Source: Octopus vulgaris (Eukaryota). Taken from it: a stretch of 64,000 bases of DNA. The DNA lies in contig OX597826.1 of assembly GCA_951406725.2 (NCBI GenBank), forward strand, positions 11,594,001 to 11,658,000, in the 5' to 3' direction. Below are positions 51,209 through 64,000 of the stretch, piece by piece. Position numbers and translations under genes: made by a program. The notes below the pieces were generated by a model that did no database searches, had not been told where the DNA came from, and saw nothing but the letters and a program-made list of their open reading frames with translations. Each line of letters begins with the position of its first letter. Positions within the stretch are counted from its first letter, which is position 1.

Positions 51209-52574
51209 GTAATTTCGATAAATTGATGTCATTTCAGTAGCAGTCAGTTGGAAAGCAATCCGTGAAGAAAACCACGCGAAGCATTGGAGTCCGATGGCTC
51301 CATTGAGGGCCTCGGTAAGAATAAAATCAAAGAGGGGAGCTATTCACAAAATTCCAGTGGTAACAATATGAGATTTTCTTAAGTAGAAACGGAGGTTCGG
51401 TTTCGTTTTCCAACTGCAGAAATCTCATTGTTAACAGCAATAACAAAGGCATAAACGGTCTAAAATTCCTATCTTATCATTGTCCATAAGATTGCAAAGA
51501 CCTTTTTGTAGCTATGTAATAAATCAATATTGAAATTATAGTGGCGTTTGTAAATCTAACGAAAAATCGATACCATATTACTGCAATCGTTTCGAAAATG
51601 AAGGCTCCGAGTCAATATTGTGATAATACAAATGTTTAGAAGTAATTGGTAGCGGTGAATATTGTTGGGTACCGTATTGTATGAGGTGGCAGTGATGGTA
51701 GTGTCGGCGCTAGTGACGATAGTAGTGGTAGTAGTGGTGGAGTGGTGGAGTGGTGGAGTGGTGGCGGTGGTGGTGGTGGTGTTGGCCGTGAAGGTGAGGG
51801 TTGGTGGTGGTGGTAGGCGTCAGTTTTTGGTTGCTGTCATGCGCAGGACGTGGTATTTTGATGTTGTATACTGCCAAAGAAACAATAAAACAACCGTTAT
51901 TGATTAGATTGTCACAATTAGGTTTTGAAACGTCGAAATTATAAATCAATAGGAATAGAAACGAAATCTAAAAAGAGAAAGAAAGAAAGAAGGAAAGAGA
52001 GAGAGAAAGAAAGAAAAGAAGAAGAAAAAGAGAAAAAGTGAGAACAAAAGAAAGAAAAATAATAACTATAACAACAAAAGCCATATAATAGAGTAATAAC
52101 AGCATCGAGAAGTAACGATTACAATAATAGCGACTATAAAATAAATAGATATACAAATAAAAAAAATAAGGTGATTCTCAGAAAGATAAATGGTGCTTAA
52201 CACCAAGCCATGGAATTCGTAAATACTGAATTAGAAGAATACAATAAAAAGAAAGAAAAAGAAAAGAAAAAAAATGAAAAGAAGATATTTCCCGCCATCG
52301 CCTCTACCGCCAATAAAAACAACAACAAAAACAAAGCGTAAAGAGACGTAATAAAAGCCAAACGTTGAAATAGTTTCTACATTATGATTTTAAAGCCGAA
52401 TATAGTTTGCCAAACAGTTGGATATCAAGAATATTCTATTCGCTTGTATTACACTGCTAATGCCCAAAAGAGTAACAGCTGTTACCAGGATCAACACATA
52501 CATACATACGTACATACATACACACACTCATATATATATATTAGACACACAGGCACGCACGCATGCACATATGG

Positions 52575-52628
<54 letters not shown>

Positions 52629-52825
52629 TGTTGTGTACGATTATTTGTATTGTCCAGCCATGAAATGTGTCTTAATGTATGACTTCAAGATGGCGAGGAG
52701 TGAGGCGGCGAAGTGTATTAAGAGGGCGAAACAGAAACAAATCTCAAGATCTCATTTCTTCAGATGAAATAAATTTATACATAAATACACACATATATAC
52801 ATACACACACACACACATACATACA

Positions 52826-52863
<38 letters not shown>

Positions 52864-52867
52864 GTAC

Positions 52868-52902
<35 letters not shown>

Positions 52903-53179
52903 TATATATATATGTATGTATGTATATATGTGTGTATAGTTATGTGTATATACGTATAAAACGAATAGTCAATAACGCGTCCATTATCTTATATTATTCC
53001 ATGTCTTAATCATCGTCAAGAAGACATTGAATGTTCCGTTATGATGTTTATCATCCTGTTTTATTGTTGTATATACGTATGTAGTATGTTTAGGCTATGC
53101 GTATATGAATATATACTTATATGTGAATATATATATGGATATATATATGTGTATGTGTGCGTGTGTGTTTACATATATG

Positions 53180-53234
<55 letters not shown>

Positions 53235-53266
53235 AGGTATACACACACGTACATATATATGTATAT

Positions 53267-53326
<60 letters not shown>

Positions 53327-53582
53327 GTATATATACGCATAAATGGTGTTCTTTTTCTTTCAGCATTTCCTTTTTCCTTTTCTTCTTTCCATTCAATTCC
53401 CAAAAGATAACTTATTTTATATCTCCAGGTACGATTAGCGCAGATATTAAGAAATACACACACACACACACATACACACACGCACATGCACACACACACT
53501 GACACACATGCACACATACACTCATGCATGGACTGACACACCATACACACATTCATATCAGATCTCTTATCGTAGGCAATTA

Positions 53583-53614
<32 letters not shown>

Positions 53615-53967
53615 GTGTGTGTATGGGTGAGAGCGTGTAGAGCGATAGATAGAAATTCGTATTTATTTTATATGTATATGTATTTTTCGCTCTTTTATCT
53701 AACAGTTTCGGGTAAAAACTCCCCTCCCCCCAAGAAAAGAACGAAAAAAAACATGCGGCAATAAAAAGCAAATTATCGCTGTGTCCAGATAGTTAGCCAC
53801 CATTCATCTTCATTGCAGTCAGAACAACGAATTCACTTAGCGCCACATTGTTTGTATATGAACCAATAACGAATATCCAATAGAAATTATCACAGGGTCT
53901 AGATTTAGAATTCAAATAATATGAATTAAGCTTATAGATGTATATAGTCCACGGTAACTACAATAAT

Positions 53968-54170
53968 ATTGGTTTCAAATGTTGGCACAAGGCCAGCAAA
54001 TTCGGGGAAGTGTTAAGTCGATTACATCGACCTCAGTACTCAACTGCTACTTATTTTATCGACTGCGAAAGGATAAAAGGCAAAGTCGCCCTAGGTGGAA
54101 TTTGAACTCAGGACGAAATGCCGCTAAGCATTTCGCAACGGCTAGCTAATGATTCTGCTAACTCGCCACA
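53968..54170 (-). mobile_element. SINE family B variant
   Basis: GGCACAAGGCCAGCAA tail, GTCGATTACATCGAC, GGAATTTGAACTCAG. Confidence 0.8.
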
Positions 54171-54236
54171 TTAAAACAACCAATGATTTTAAGCTATCCT
54201 TCACGTTGACAATTAATGAAGGTGAAGGGTCGAAAA

Positions 54237-54662
54237 GTAGGAGTGGCTGTGTGGCAAGTAGCTTGCTTACGGACCACATGGTCCCGGGTTCAAACCCACT
54301 GCGTGGCACCATGGGCAAGTGTCTTCTACTAAAGCTGCGAGCCGACCAAAGTCTTGTGAGTGGATTTGGTAGGACGGAAACTGAAAGAAGCCCGTCGTAT
54401 ATATGTATATATATGTGTGTGTGTGTGTGTGTATATGTTTGTGTGTCTGTGTTTGTCACCCCCCCCCCCACCAACATCGCTTGACAACTGATGTTGGTGT
54501 GTTTACGTTCCCGTAACCAGCGGTTCGGCAAAAGAGACCAATAGAATAAGTTCTAGGCTTACAAAGAATAAGTCCTGGGATCGATTTGCTCGACTAAAGG
54601 CGGTGCTCCAGCATGGCAACAGTCAAATGACTGAAGCAAGTAAAAGAGAGTAAAAGAGAGTA
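54237..54662 (+). mobile_element. SINE family A, full length
   Basis: Family A consensus. Confidence 0.9.
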
Positions 54663-54678
54663 AATACAACAGAGAATA

Positions 54679-54879
54679 CTAGGGTGTTGGAAAGTTCCTG
54701 GCTTTAAGGGTGTCGCGAAAGGCCTGGTTGGAGGTCCAACCCTCCACGTTCTTCTGCAGGGCTCAGAAAAACTGAAGATCTGCTGCAATAAGCAGTGGAA
54801 TGGTGAATAAAATCATAATTAACTGATCTTCCTCTCTTTTCTTTTAAACCAAAGCCAGGAACTCTTTAGCACTCACGAG
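54679..54879. mobile_element. Mariner-type MITE (~200 bp)
   Basis: Imperfect TIRs GGGTGTTGGAAAGTTCCTGGCTTT / AAAGCCAGGAACTCTTTAGCACTC, flanked by TA. Confidence 0.65.
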
Positions 54880-55234
54880 TATGTATGTGTAAATATATAT
54901 GTATGTGTGCGTGTGTGTCTGTATGTATGTGTGTGTTTGTGTGTGTGTGTGTGAGTGTGTGTGTGTGCATGTGCTCGTGCGCGCGGATCTTTCTACTTGT
55001 CTTCACACCCCTTGATAATCAGTTTTGATTTGTTTATACCGCTGTAACTTAGCCATTCGGCAACAGGAACGATATAGTAAGTACCAGACCTTAAAACGAA
55101 GTACTGAGGTTAGTTTGTTTTTGACATATACAACAGGTCAATGAATGAAATAAGTATAAGAGTTACAAAATATTCCGTTTGACAGAAGAATGTAGGACAG
55201 AGAAAATACCATAAAGTGTGAATGATACTCTTTT

Positions 55235-55239
55235 ACACA

Positions 55240-55277
<38 letters not shown>

Positions 55278-55429
55278 TATATACGACATATATATACGAC
55301 AGGCTTCTTTCAGTTTCCGTCTACCAAATCCTCTCACAAGGCTTTGGTCGGCCCGAGGCTATAGTAGAAGACACTTGCCCAAGGTACCAATCAGTGGGAC
55401 TGAACCCGGATATATATATATGTGTGTGC

Positions 55430-55488
<59 letters not shown>

Positions 55489-55705
55489 TGTGTCTGTGTA
55501 TGTTTGTGTGCCTGTGTTTGTCCCTCCAACATCTCTTGACAACCGATGCCTGTATGGTTACGTCCCCGTAACCTGCCGGTTCGGCAAAAGAGACCGATAG
55601 AATAAGTACTAGGCATACAAATAATAAGTCCTTGGGTCGATTTGCTCGACTAAAGGCGGTGCTCCAACATGGCCACAGTCACATGACTGAAACAAATAAA
55701 AGAGA
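55235..55705. mobile_element. Rearranged SINE family A: inverted 5' half (to 55410) joined to a forward 3' half
   Basis: 55295-55410 is the reverse-complement core; 55411-55705 is the forward microsatellite and tail. Confidence 0.85.
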
Positions 55706-56276
55706 AAAAGAAAAAAAGAACAGATCCCACTTTGAATCAAAAAGGTAAAACTGCAAAGAGGTTTATCAAGATTTTCTGATTCTAAATAGCTTTTGGCCGT
55801 TTAGTGGCGATGAAACCTGGCTACGTGGTTGAACAAAAATTCTGCACAAGAGATGATAGTTTCCTCCTTACCAAGTAAAGCTTCTCACCAGTTTCAATGA
55901 ATGTTCTCGGTGAAAAACATTTGAATGTTACTCCACGCGTTCAGTGTGGTGGACTTGGCGCTAGATTAGCCATTAAGCAAAATAAGTATTTGCTTAGGGA
56001 ATGAAAGGAAGCGAGACACCACAAAAATGGTAAATGATTTACGGCACCAAATATCGTTTTACTTGCTAAAATAATATTCGAAGTTGTTTATATGATCGGA
56101 AGAATAACTTCGAAGCGTCCACAAAAAATGTAGAAAACTTATCAAATATAAATAGAGTGAATGTATAGAAAAATAAACATTATTTTTCATCTTACTGATA
56201 GTTTTGTTTTATTTTGAAGAATAAAAATTTAGTCCATTGTTTATTATTGTTTATATTTTGAAATATGTATTTTATC

Positions 56277-56586
56277 ATGTGATCACGTGACCGACCAGGC
56301 TATCAGATGTTGCAACACATCGCTGGTCACAATGCGCTTCGCATTGTTTTAGCCTTCAAATGACGCCTCCCCGCTGGCTAAATGAGCAGGCCAACAGAAA
56401 AAAGAGTGAGAGAAAGTTGCGGCGAAAGAGTACAGCAGGGATCGCCACCACCCTCTGCCGGAGCCTCATGGAGCTTTAGGTGTTTTCGCTCACTAAACAC
56501 TCACAACGCCCGGTGTGGGAATTGAAACCGCGATCCTAGGACCGCGAGTCCGCTGCCCTAACCACTGGGCCATTGCGACTCTACAC
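56277..56586 (-). mobile_element. SINE family C nested in an older DNA-transposon-like end (shared with 49200-49376)
   Basis: Reverse complement of 13407-13703; flanks TTTATTATTGTTTATATTTTGAA and GCCTCTGxGGGTCTTAxTCCGG are colinear in the uninterrupted copy at 49305-49372. Confidence 0.88.
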
Positions 56587-56769
56587 GTTTTTATATGGGG
56601 CACGAAAATCTTTTAAGTGCTCATGGCCTCTGTGGGTCTTATTCCGGCCCCAGGTAGGCTAAAATGTTGATGTTCGCTCCTGTATTTCATCCCTTTTTTT
56701 CCTTTCTTTCTCTATGCAAGGTTTATAAGCAAGTTTGAAAAAAACTCAGCTTCACTCGAATTCTCTAAA

Positions 56770-57110
56770 TATGTAGTTGTTATACATGACAGGCTGCAGT
56801 AGCAGTTAGTTACAACGATATAGAAATGAGTGTTTGTAGATGATGGAGAAAATAAGGAATAAATAATTACTTGTAGACTTACCGGTAGAAGAATACAAGA
56901 AAAAGAGGACATCTATGGAGGCACTGATAAAGGTTTTGCAAATCCAAAGCCCAAGATACGCTTTCAACTTCATAACTATTGTTATTATTGGAGAAGCATG
57001 AGATAGACCAACAGTATGGAGCAAAGTATGGCTGCATTCGGGATGTTGGGGAGAGAATGCAAATCCTCAATTCCTTTGTTGCTAATGATCACGATCTCTG
57101 AACTATATAA
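56770..57110 (-). pseudogene. Decayed class A GPCR remnant (ICL1-TM2-ECL1-TM3-ICL2), amine/peptide-receptor-like
   Basis: With frameshifts: DLHSLPN, LLVYLML, YLGLWICKTFISASIDVLF..SS (cf. WxLGxxxCKxxISxDVxxxxSS), LQPVMYN, in the expected order. Confidence 0.45.
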
Positions 57111-57235
57111 ATCTGCAAGACTTTCTAAGATTTAAAGGATGATGGTTGGAAAAAAGACACTTCCCTTCACAACCTTGCTACACAGTAATAAGGCCGGTCA
57201 AAATTTACACAAAACTTAAAAAAAGAAAGAGAACA

Positions 57236-57236
<1 letters not shown>

Positions 57237-57290
<54 letters not shown>

Positions 57291-57300
57291 TATATGTATG

Positions 57301-57334
<34 letters not shown>

Positions 57335-58030
57335 TGTATGTATGCATGCATGCATGTATGTAAGTAAGTATGTATGTATGTATGTATGTATGTATGTTTG
57401 AATGTATGCATGTATGTATGTATGTATGTATGCATGCATGTATGTATGTATGTATGTATGTATGTATGAATGTATGTATGTATGTATGTATGTATTTATG
57501 TATGCATGCATGTATGTATGTATGTATGTATGTATGTAAGTATGTATGTATGCATGCATGCATGTATGTATGTATGTATGCATGCATGTATGTATGTATG
57601 TATGTATGTATGTATGAATGTATGTAAGTATGTTTGTATGTATGTATGTAAGTATGTATGTATGTATGTATGTATGAATGTATGTATGTATGTATGTATG
57701 TATGTAAGTATGTATGTATGTATGCATGCATGCATGCATGTATGTATGTATGTATGTATGCATGCATGTATGTATGTATGTTTGTATGTATGTATGTATG
57801 TATGCATGCATGCATGCATGTATGTATGTATGAATGTATGTATGTATGTAAGTATGTATGTATGTATGTATGTATTTATGTATGCATGCATGTATGTATG
57901 TATGTATGTATGTATGTAAGTATGTATGTATGCATGCATGCATGTATGTATGTATGTATGCATGCATGTATGTATTTAAGTATGTATGTAAGTATGTTTG
58001 TATGTATGTATATTTGCATGTATGTACGCA
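57237..58030. repeat. (CA)n followed by a ~740-bp (TATG)n/(CATG) array
   Basis: Read directly. Confidence 0.95.
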
Positions 58031-58344
58031 TGTAATATATTCTCCCCACCCACATAATATATGTGTGTGCGCGAGTGTGTGCATATGTATATATGCGCTT
58101 GCATATAGCATAAATGTTGGTCTTACATACACACATACATAATCTCATATATACTCAATACTTTGCTAAAATTATTATAGTCAGTCGTAAATCTGACTCT
58201 TTGTCAATAGAAGTAAAATGTGGATTTAAAACCAATAATGGTAAAGCTTTTGTATTTGATGTTTATTAAAAATGGCCATATTCAGTCCATATCGACAAAT
58301 ATATCCGCCACTGTACTGTGTTACTCAACGTACTTTGCTTCATC

Positions 58345-58845
58345 GTTCAATCCCCACAATCCGTACTCGACGCACCCCCACTATTCATTTCCTTCCCAAA
58401 ATCCACAAGCCCGAAAACCCTGGCCGCTCCATCGTCTCCGCCTGCAACTGCCCCACGGAAACGATCTCCAAATACCTCGACAATGTCCTTTCCCCCTAGT
58501 GGCTTCCTTCCCCTCTCACATCAATGACACTAACCATGCTCTCCGTCTGTTTAACACTTTCTCCTTCCATTCTGGTTTCTCTCAACTTCTGTTGCAATGA
58601 AGGACTTCTTGCGCTTAAACACTTTCTATACCTTTGGCCTGACACTCAACCTGACATCTCCACACTTCTTCGTCTGGCCGAAATAAAAGAATAAAAGAAC
58701 ATTTATTCCCACTTATTCCTTTCTGTCGAAGAGCGAAGGCTCGAAGCGTAAAAGACTCTTCCATTTTTCCTGGGTATCAAACTAATATACTTGCTTGTTG
58801 TTCCTACACCGGCCTTTATCCTTGTTTTTCTATAAATTTGAACTC
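58345..58845 (+). mobile_element. Penelope-like retroelement fragment: RT N-terminal part fused to a 3' end with a minimal hammerhead-like motif (58719-58754)
   Basis: RTPTIHFLPKIHKPENPGRSIVSACNCPTETISKYLDNVLSP, LPSHINDTNHAL, EGLLALKHFL, TLLRLAE are characteristic PLE RT motifs; CTTT-CTGTCGAA-GAGC.GAAG.GCTC-GAAGCGTA-AAAG. Confidence 0.85.
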
Positions 58846-58887
58846 TCTCTCTCTCTCTCTCTCATCTATCTATCTATCTATCTCTCC

Positions 58888-58924
<37 letters not shown>

Positions 58925-59360
58925 CTATCTGTCTGTCTGTCTGCCTGTCTGTCTATCTATCTATTTTTCTATCTATCTGTCTGTCTGTCTATCTATGCAT
59001 TATGTATGTATATATGTATCCATCAAACTCTTTCTCTCTCTCTCCCTCTCTCTCTTTCTCACTCTCTATATTATCTGTCGATCTTTTTGCCTGTCTTGAA
59101 AAATTGCGACATTCACATGATCACAATATATTTTTTTATAGATATGCACATACATATATACTTATATACACATGTTCGCCAATGAACACGCACACCACAA
59201 ATATTCTCGCTTAAACCGACGTTTCACATATACATGATTATTCTCTAAATATTATAAATAGCTAAATCTTAAATCTGCTTTATCAAGAAAAATAAAATAT
59301 AGAATAAATTTCTCAGTTATGAATTGTTGTATGCATAATTTAAATATGACTAAAATATGC

Positions 59361-59794
59361 GGATCTTTTCGGTTTGAACGGCAGTTTTTTCTAGCGGTGT
59401 CATATGAAATTGTCACCCATAATTATGACCCTAGTATCGATCTATTGCATTTCAATCTGTTTTATGGTTAGGGTTAGTTAGGGTTAGGGTTAGGGGTGGG
59501 GAGAAGGGTATTTTTTTTTTCTTCAAAAATGTAAATAAACCCAATCTGTTTCTTAAACGAGGGACATATTCATACGGCACAGAATGTTTTTTTTACCTTA
59601 ATAGACGTATTTGATTGGTTGAAACTGCAGAAATTGATGAAAAAAACAACAAATATCTTACAAACTATAGAATTTTCTCAATAAAGCCAAGAGAAAAAGA
59701 TGTTTTAAAACACATTCTACCAGTATACGAAGTTTAAAATTTTTTTGTTACCTAGAAATTATGTTTAAAACTGCCGTTCAAACCGAAAAGATCC
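59361..59794 (-). mobile_element. MITE, second copy of 17164-17602
   Basis: Same TIRs; 8-bp TSD AAATATGC at 59353-59360 and 59795-59802; internal GGTTAGGGTTAG tract. Confidence 0.92.
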
Positions 59795-60599
59795 AAATAT
59801 GCTTAGAGGCACAGGGTTTCGCATATATTTTGCATAATAGGCATTTCACCGATGCGAACACATTTTTGAACAGCCAATTCGACTTTTCTTAATGAATTAT
59901 TTCCTGCACGGAATGTTTTTGCTCCTGAACGTATTCTAGTGTGTTTCGTTCAAATACCATCATGGAAGAAATATTTTCGTATTCCGTGTGGCGTAGGCAC
60001 GATTGTGCTTTAAAAGAGCCCGCTTTGCAACCAAGTAGTTTCGGGTTAAGTTTCACTATGCAGTCCAAGGTGCTGCACTGGTACATACGAGTGACCATCA
60101 GGAACAGTTAAATATCTATTAACATATATATTCTCTATATAATTTCTGTGTGCGTATGAATAGTTATTTATATACGAGTTCATTATGCGCCAGTGTAACT
60201 ACAGCGTGTTCTGGGTAAATCTGACGAATTTTTATGTGTCCTTTTTCAAGGAATAGCTTGATGTATAGGTAACAAATAAGGGGGAGAATGTGTTAATGTG
60301 TGACTCCATGTATTTAAATATAGATATATGTGCATGTATGTATATGCCCCTCATTTGGGCAAGTGACACCGCGAAACTTAGCGTAGTGACTAAAGTAGCC
60401 AGTTTCAGATTCTAATAAAACATACTCACTCTGTTGAATCTTTCGACCTCCTTTCACTCTAAATAAGTGAAAAACTTTGCACAAAAATATGAAAAATATA
60501 TGAGTGTGGGTATGTGTGTGTGTATATTGTTCGTCTTCCTATGTTTGCATATCCGTATCATTTACCTATTATACTGATTAGATATATAAATACATATAA

Positions 60600-60752
60600 A
60601 TGGTTGTGTGGTGAGAAGATTGCTTCCCAACCACATACTTTTGGGTTCAGTCTCACTTCGTGACACCTTGGGTAAGAGTCTTCTCCTGTAGCCTCGGGCC
60701 GACCAAAGCCTTATGACTGGATTTGGTAAACGGAAGCGGAAAGCGGCACGTC

Positions 60753-60755
<3 letters not shown>
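60600..60755 (+). mobile_element. SINE family A, 5' half
   Basis: TGGTTGTGTGGTGAGAAG, GGGTTCAGTC, CACCTTGGGTAAG, GCCTCGGGCCGACCAAAGCC. Confidence 0.8.
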
Positions 60756-60833
<78 letters not shown>

Positions 60834-60994
60834 CATACATATACATACAAACATACATACATACATACACACATACATACATACATACATACATACATAC
60901 CTATATATATATATATATATATATATATGAATTAAAACCAAGAAAATTAAGAAGTAGTGTTAATATAATTTATTAACTGCACAAATTCAACATG

Positions 60995-61080
60995 TTCCCT
61001 TACAGCTGTTTCGATTATTTCCAAATGAATTAAATTCCAGTAATTAAAACATTTTCGAGGGCAAAACCTCGTCAGAGGAA
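60995..61080 (-). ncRNA. Type I hammerhead ribozyme of a second family, within a ~260-bp insert between microsatellites
   Basis: Minus strand TTCCT-CTGACGA-GGTT...AATC-GAAA-CAGCTG-TA^AGGGA: intact core, 5-bp stem I, palindromic stem III, GUA triplet. Confidence 0.78.
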
Positions 61081-61310
61081 TAAAAATAAGGAACAGACAT
61101 ATCTTTAGGTTATTGACATGTTATTCTTCCAAAACATCTCAACAGATATTTTTCATCCCTTAAGGTGATTATTTTAACATGTATTTAAAGTTACACACAC
61201 ACACATACACACACATATACATGTGTGCGTGCGTGTGTGTACAGATATATATTATATACATATATATAATATATATTATAAATAATATATGTATATATAT
61301 ATATATGTAT

Positions 61311-61411
<101 letters not shown>

Positions 61412-61868
61412 TAAATACATACAATGAAGTTGTATGTATTTATATATTTATGCAGTATAATAGGTAAATGATACGGACATGCAAACATAGGAACATATAT
61501 ACATATACTATTTATAATATATATACACATAGCAATACACACATACACACACATATATATACACATACATACACGCGCTCACACATATATACAAACATAC
61601 ATATATAACTATATCCAAGTATGTTCTTATCTATCAATCTATCTGTCCCTCTTTCTGCAAAAAGTCCATCGTCCCCTCCGTCCAACAGACCCACCAGCTA
61701 ACCAGCCAGTCACCATATATTTCACTTAACTCACCCACCAGTTCACCATTCTTCTAAGCAAGCCATCCTCATTTCGTTCTCTGAAATTTCCGCCTCCATA
61801 GACAGGCATGAAAATCATGATACCGAATGTTTTATCTCGACCAGCTGTTACAGCGTTCTATAAGCTCC

Positions 61869-61936
<68 letters not shown>

Positions 61937-61953
61937 TACATACATATATACAT

Positions 61954-61984
<31 letters not shown>

Positions 61985-62125
61985 CATATATACATATTAA
62001 TATGTATGTATAGAGGGAGAGAGGGAGGGAGAGAGCAGAGAGAGTGAGTGGGTGATACATAGATAAGTACACATGCGTGAGTATATATATGTACATGCAT
62101 ATACATATAAATATATATTGGTATA

Positions 62126-62202
<77 letters not shown>

Positions 62203-62336
62203 TATATATACATACATACCTATATATATATACCTATATATATACACATATATTACATATATATATATATACATATATATTACATATATATATATACATG
62301 TATATATATACACATATATATGTATATATATACATG

Positions 62337-62387
<51 letters not shown>

Positions 62388-62439
62388 TATTACATATATA
62401 TATATACATGTATATATATACACATATATATGTATATAT

Positions 62440-62512
<73 letters not shown>

Positions 62513-62730
62513 CATCCCGCTTTGCTACTTAAATAGCACAACAACAACAACGGCAGTTTAATACTAATAAATGGAATTAGCAACACCGAATGGCGGCTTT
62601 TCAATTCCGTTGACATTTAGCATACAACATAACGTTTTATGAATACGACGACATTGCGCAGGGAAACAACGAGGGAGGCGGGAAGAAACGTTCCAGTTGG
62701 ATTTCGCACTGTTATTGCTGAGAGCGTTGA

Positions 62731-62764
<34 letters not shown>

Positions 62765-63047
62765 GGTGGTGATGATTATGATGATTATGATTTTTGCGAT
62801 TGATGGGGATTGATATATATGGAATCACAAAAACACATAAACGTATAAATTTACACATGTACACACACATCAAACATTAAGAGAAACATAAAGAGAGAGC
62901 AGTTAATATGTATGCATATGTATGTGTATAGATATGAACATATACATGCATATGTATATGGGTATATATGTATACATAAGCACGTATGTATCCGATGTAT
63001 GTAGGCGCGCGCGTGTATATATGTATATATATCGTTAGAAAGAACAA

Positions 63048-63078
<31 letters not shown>

Positions 63079-63426
63079 GGATATATATCTAACATAAATA
63101 TATATGTATAGATAAATATATACACACATACGTATATATTTAAATGCATACATATATGAACATTTATATGCATACACCAATTTGGATAGAGCTAAATGGA
63201 TGTACTAAAGTTATGAATGTATATATAGAGAAATACCACACATACACACACAAACACACACACACACACATGCGCACACACACACACATACACATACACA
63301 CATACACACACACACAAACTTTTTCACGTTCACTTATCTTCCTTCCTCGTTCTCACTCTCTTCCACAGGATATTCTTGAGTCAAGAATCAGCATAAAAAA
63401 GAAATGACAATATGTCAGGTGAAAAA

Positions 63427-64000
63427 AGGTGACAAACTGGCAGAAACGTTAGCACGCCGGGCGAAATGCTTAGCAGAATTTCGTCTGTCTTTACGTTCTG
63501 AGTTCAAATTCCTCTGAGGTCGACTTTGCCTTTCATCCTTTCGGGGTCGATAAATTAAGTAACAGTTATGCACTGGGGTCGATGTAATCGACTTAATCCC
63601 TTTGTCTGTCCTTGTTTTTCCTCTCTATGGTTAGCCCCTTGTAGGCAATAAAGAAATAAGAAACGTTAGAACGTCGGACGAAATGCTTAGCGGTATATCG
63701 TCTGCCGTTACGTTCTGAGTTCAAATTCCGCCGAGGTCGACTTTGCCTTTCATCCTTTCGGAGTCGATTAAATAAGTACCAGTTACGCACTGGGGTCGAT
63801 ATAATCGACTTAATCCGTTTGTCTGTCCTTGTCTTTTCCCCTCTGTGTTTAGCCCCTTGTGGGTAGTAAAGAAAGAGGTATTTCGTCTGCCTCTACGTTC
63901 TGAGTTTAAATTCCTCTGAGGGAGGCTTTACATTTTATCCTTTCTGGGTCGATACATTAGGTACCAGTTGCGTACTGGAGTCGATCTAATCGACTGGCTC
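63427..64000 (+). mobile_element. SINE family B trimer (runs to window end)
   Basis: Head at ~63427; second unit re-enters at AGAAACGTTAG (~63659), third at GTATTTCGTC (~63878). Confidence 0.88.

Overview
Eukaryotic, AT-rich, microsatellite-saturated DNA. The repeat repertoire (three abundant tRNA-derived SINE families, R4/Dong, RTE and CR1/Jockey-type LINE remnants, Penelope-like fragments, mariner/Tigger relics, MITEs) is most consistent with an octopus (coleoid cephalopod) genome; this is inferred from repeat recognition, not from a search. Almost all ORFs in the supplied track are microsatellite or SINE artefacts. The only convincing intact host coding segment is a class A GPCR first exon (11253-11597, minus strand) with a GTAAGT donor. 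Several decayed GPCR-like remnants and one protocadherin-like remnant are tentative. The most striking structure is a very young non-coding 533-bp element at 28554-30205, inserted in (TA)n. It has two identical tandem units, a partial unit and an inverted unit, and each full unit carries a complete type I hammerhead ribozyme with a palindromic stem III (retrozyme / Penelope pseudo-LTR architecture). A second, unrelated full hammerhead (60995-61080), three minimal hammerhead-like motifs and one decayed one also occur, mostly in short inserts within (TA)n. Repeat boundaries were read by eye and are approximate unless a TSD is given.
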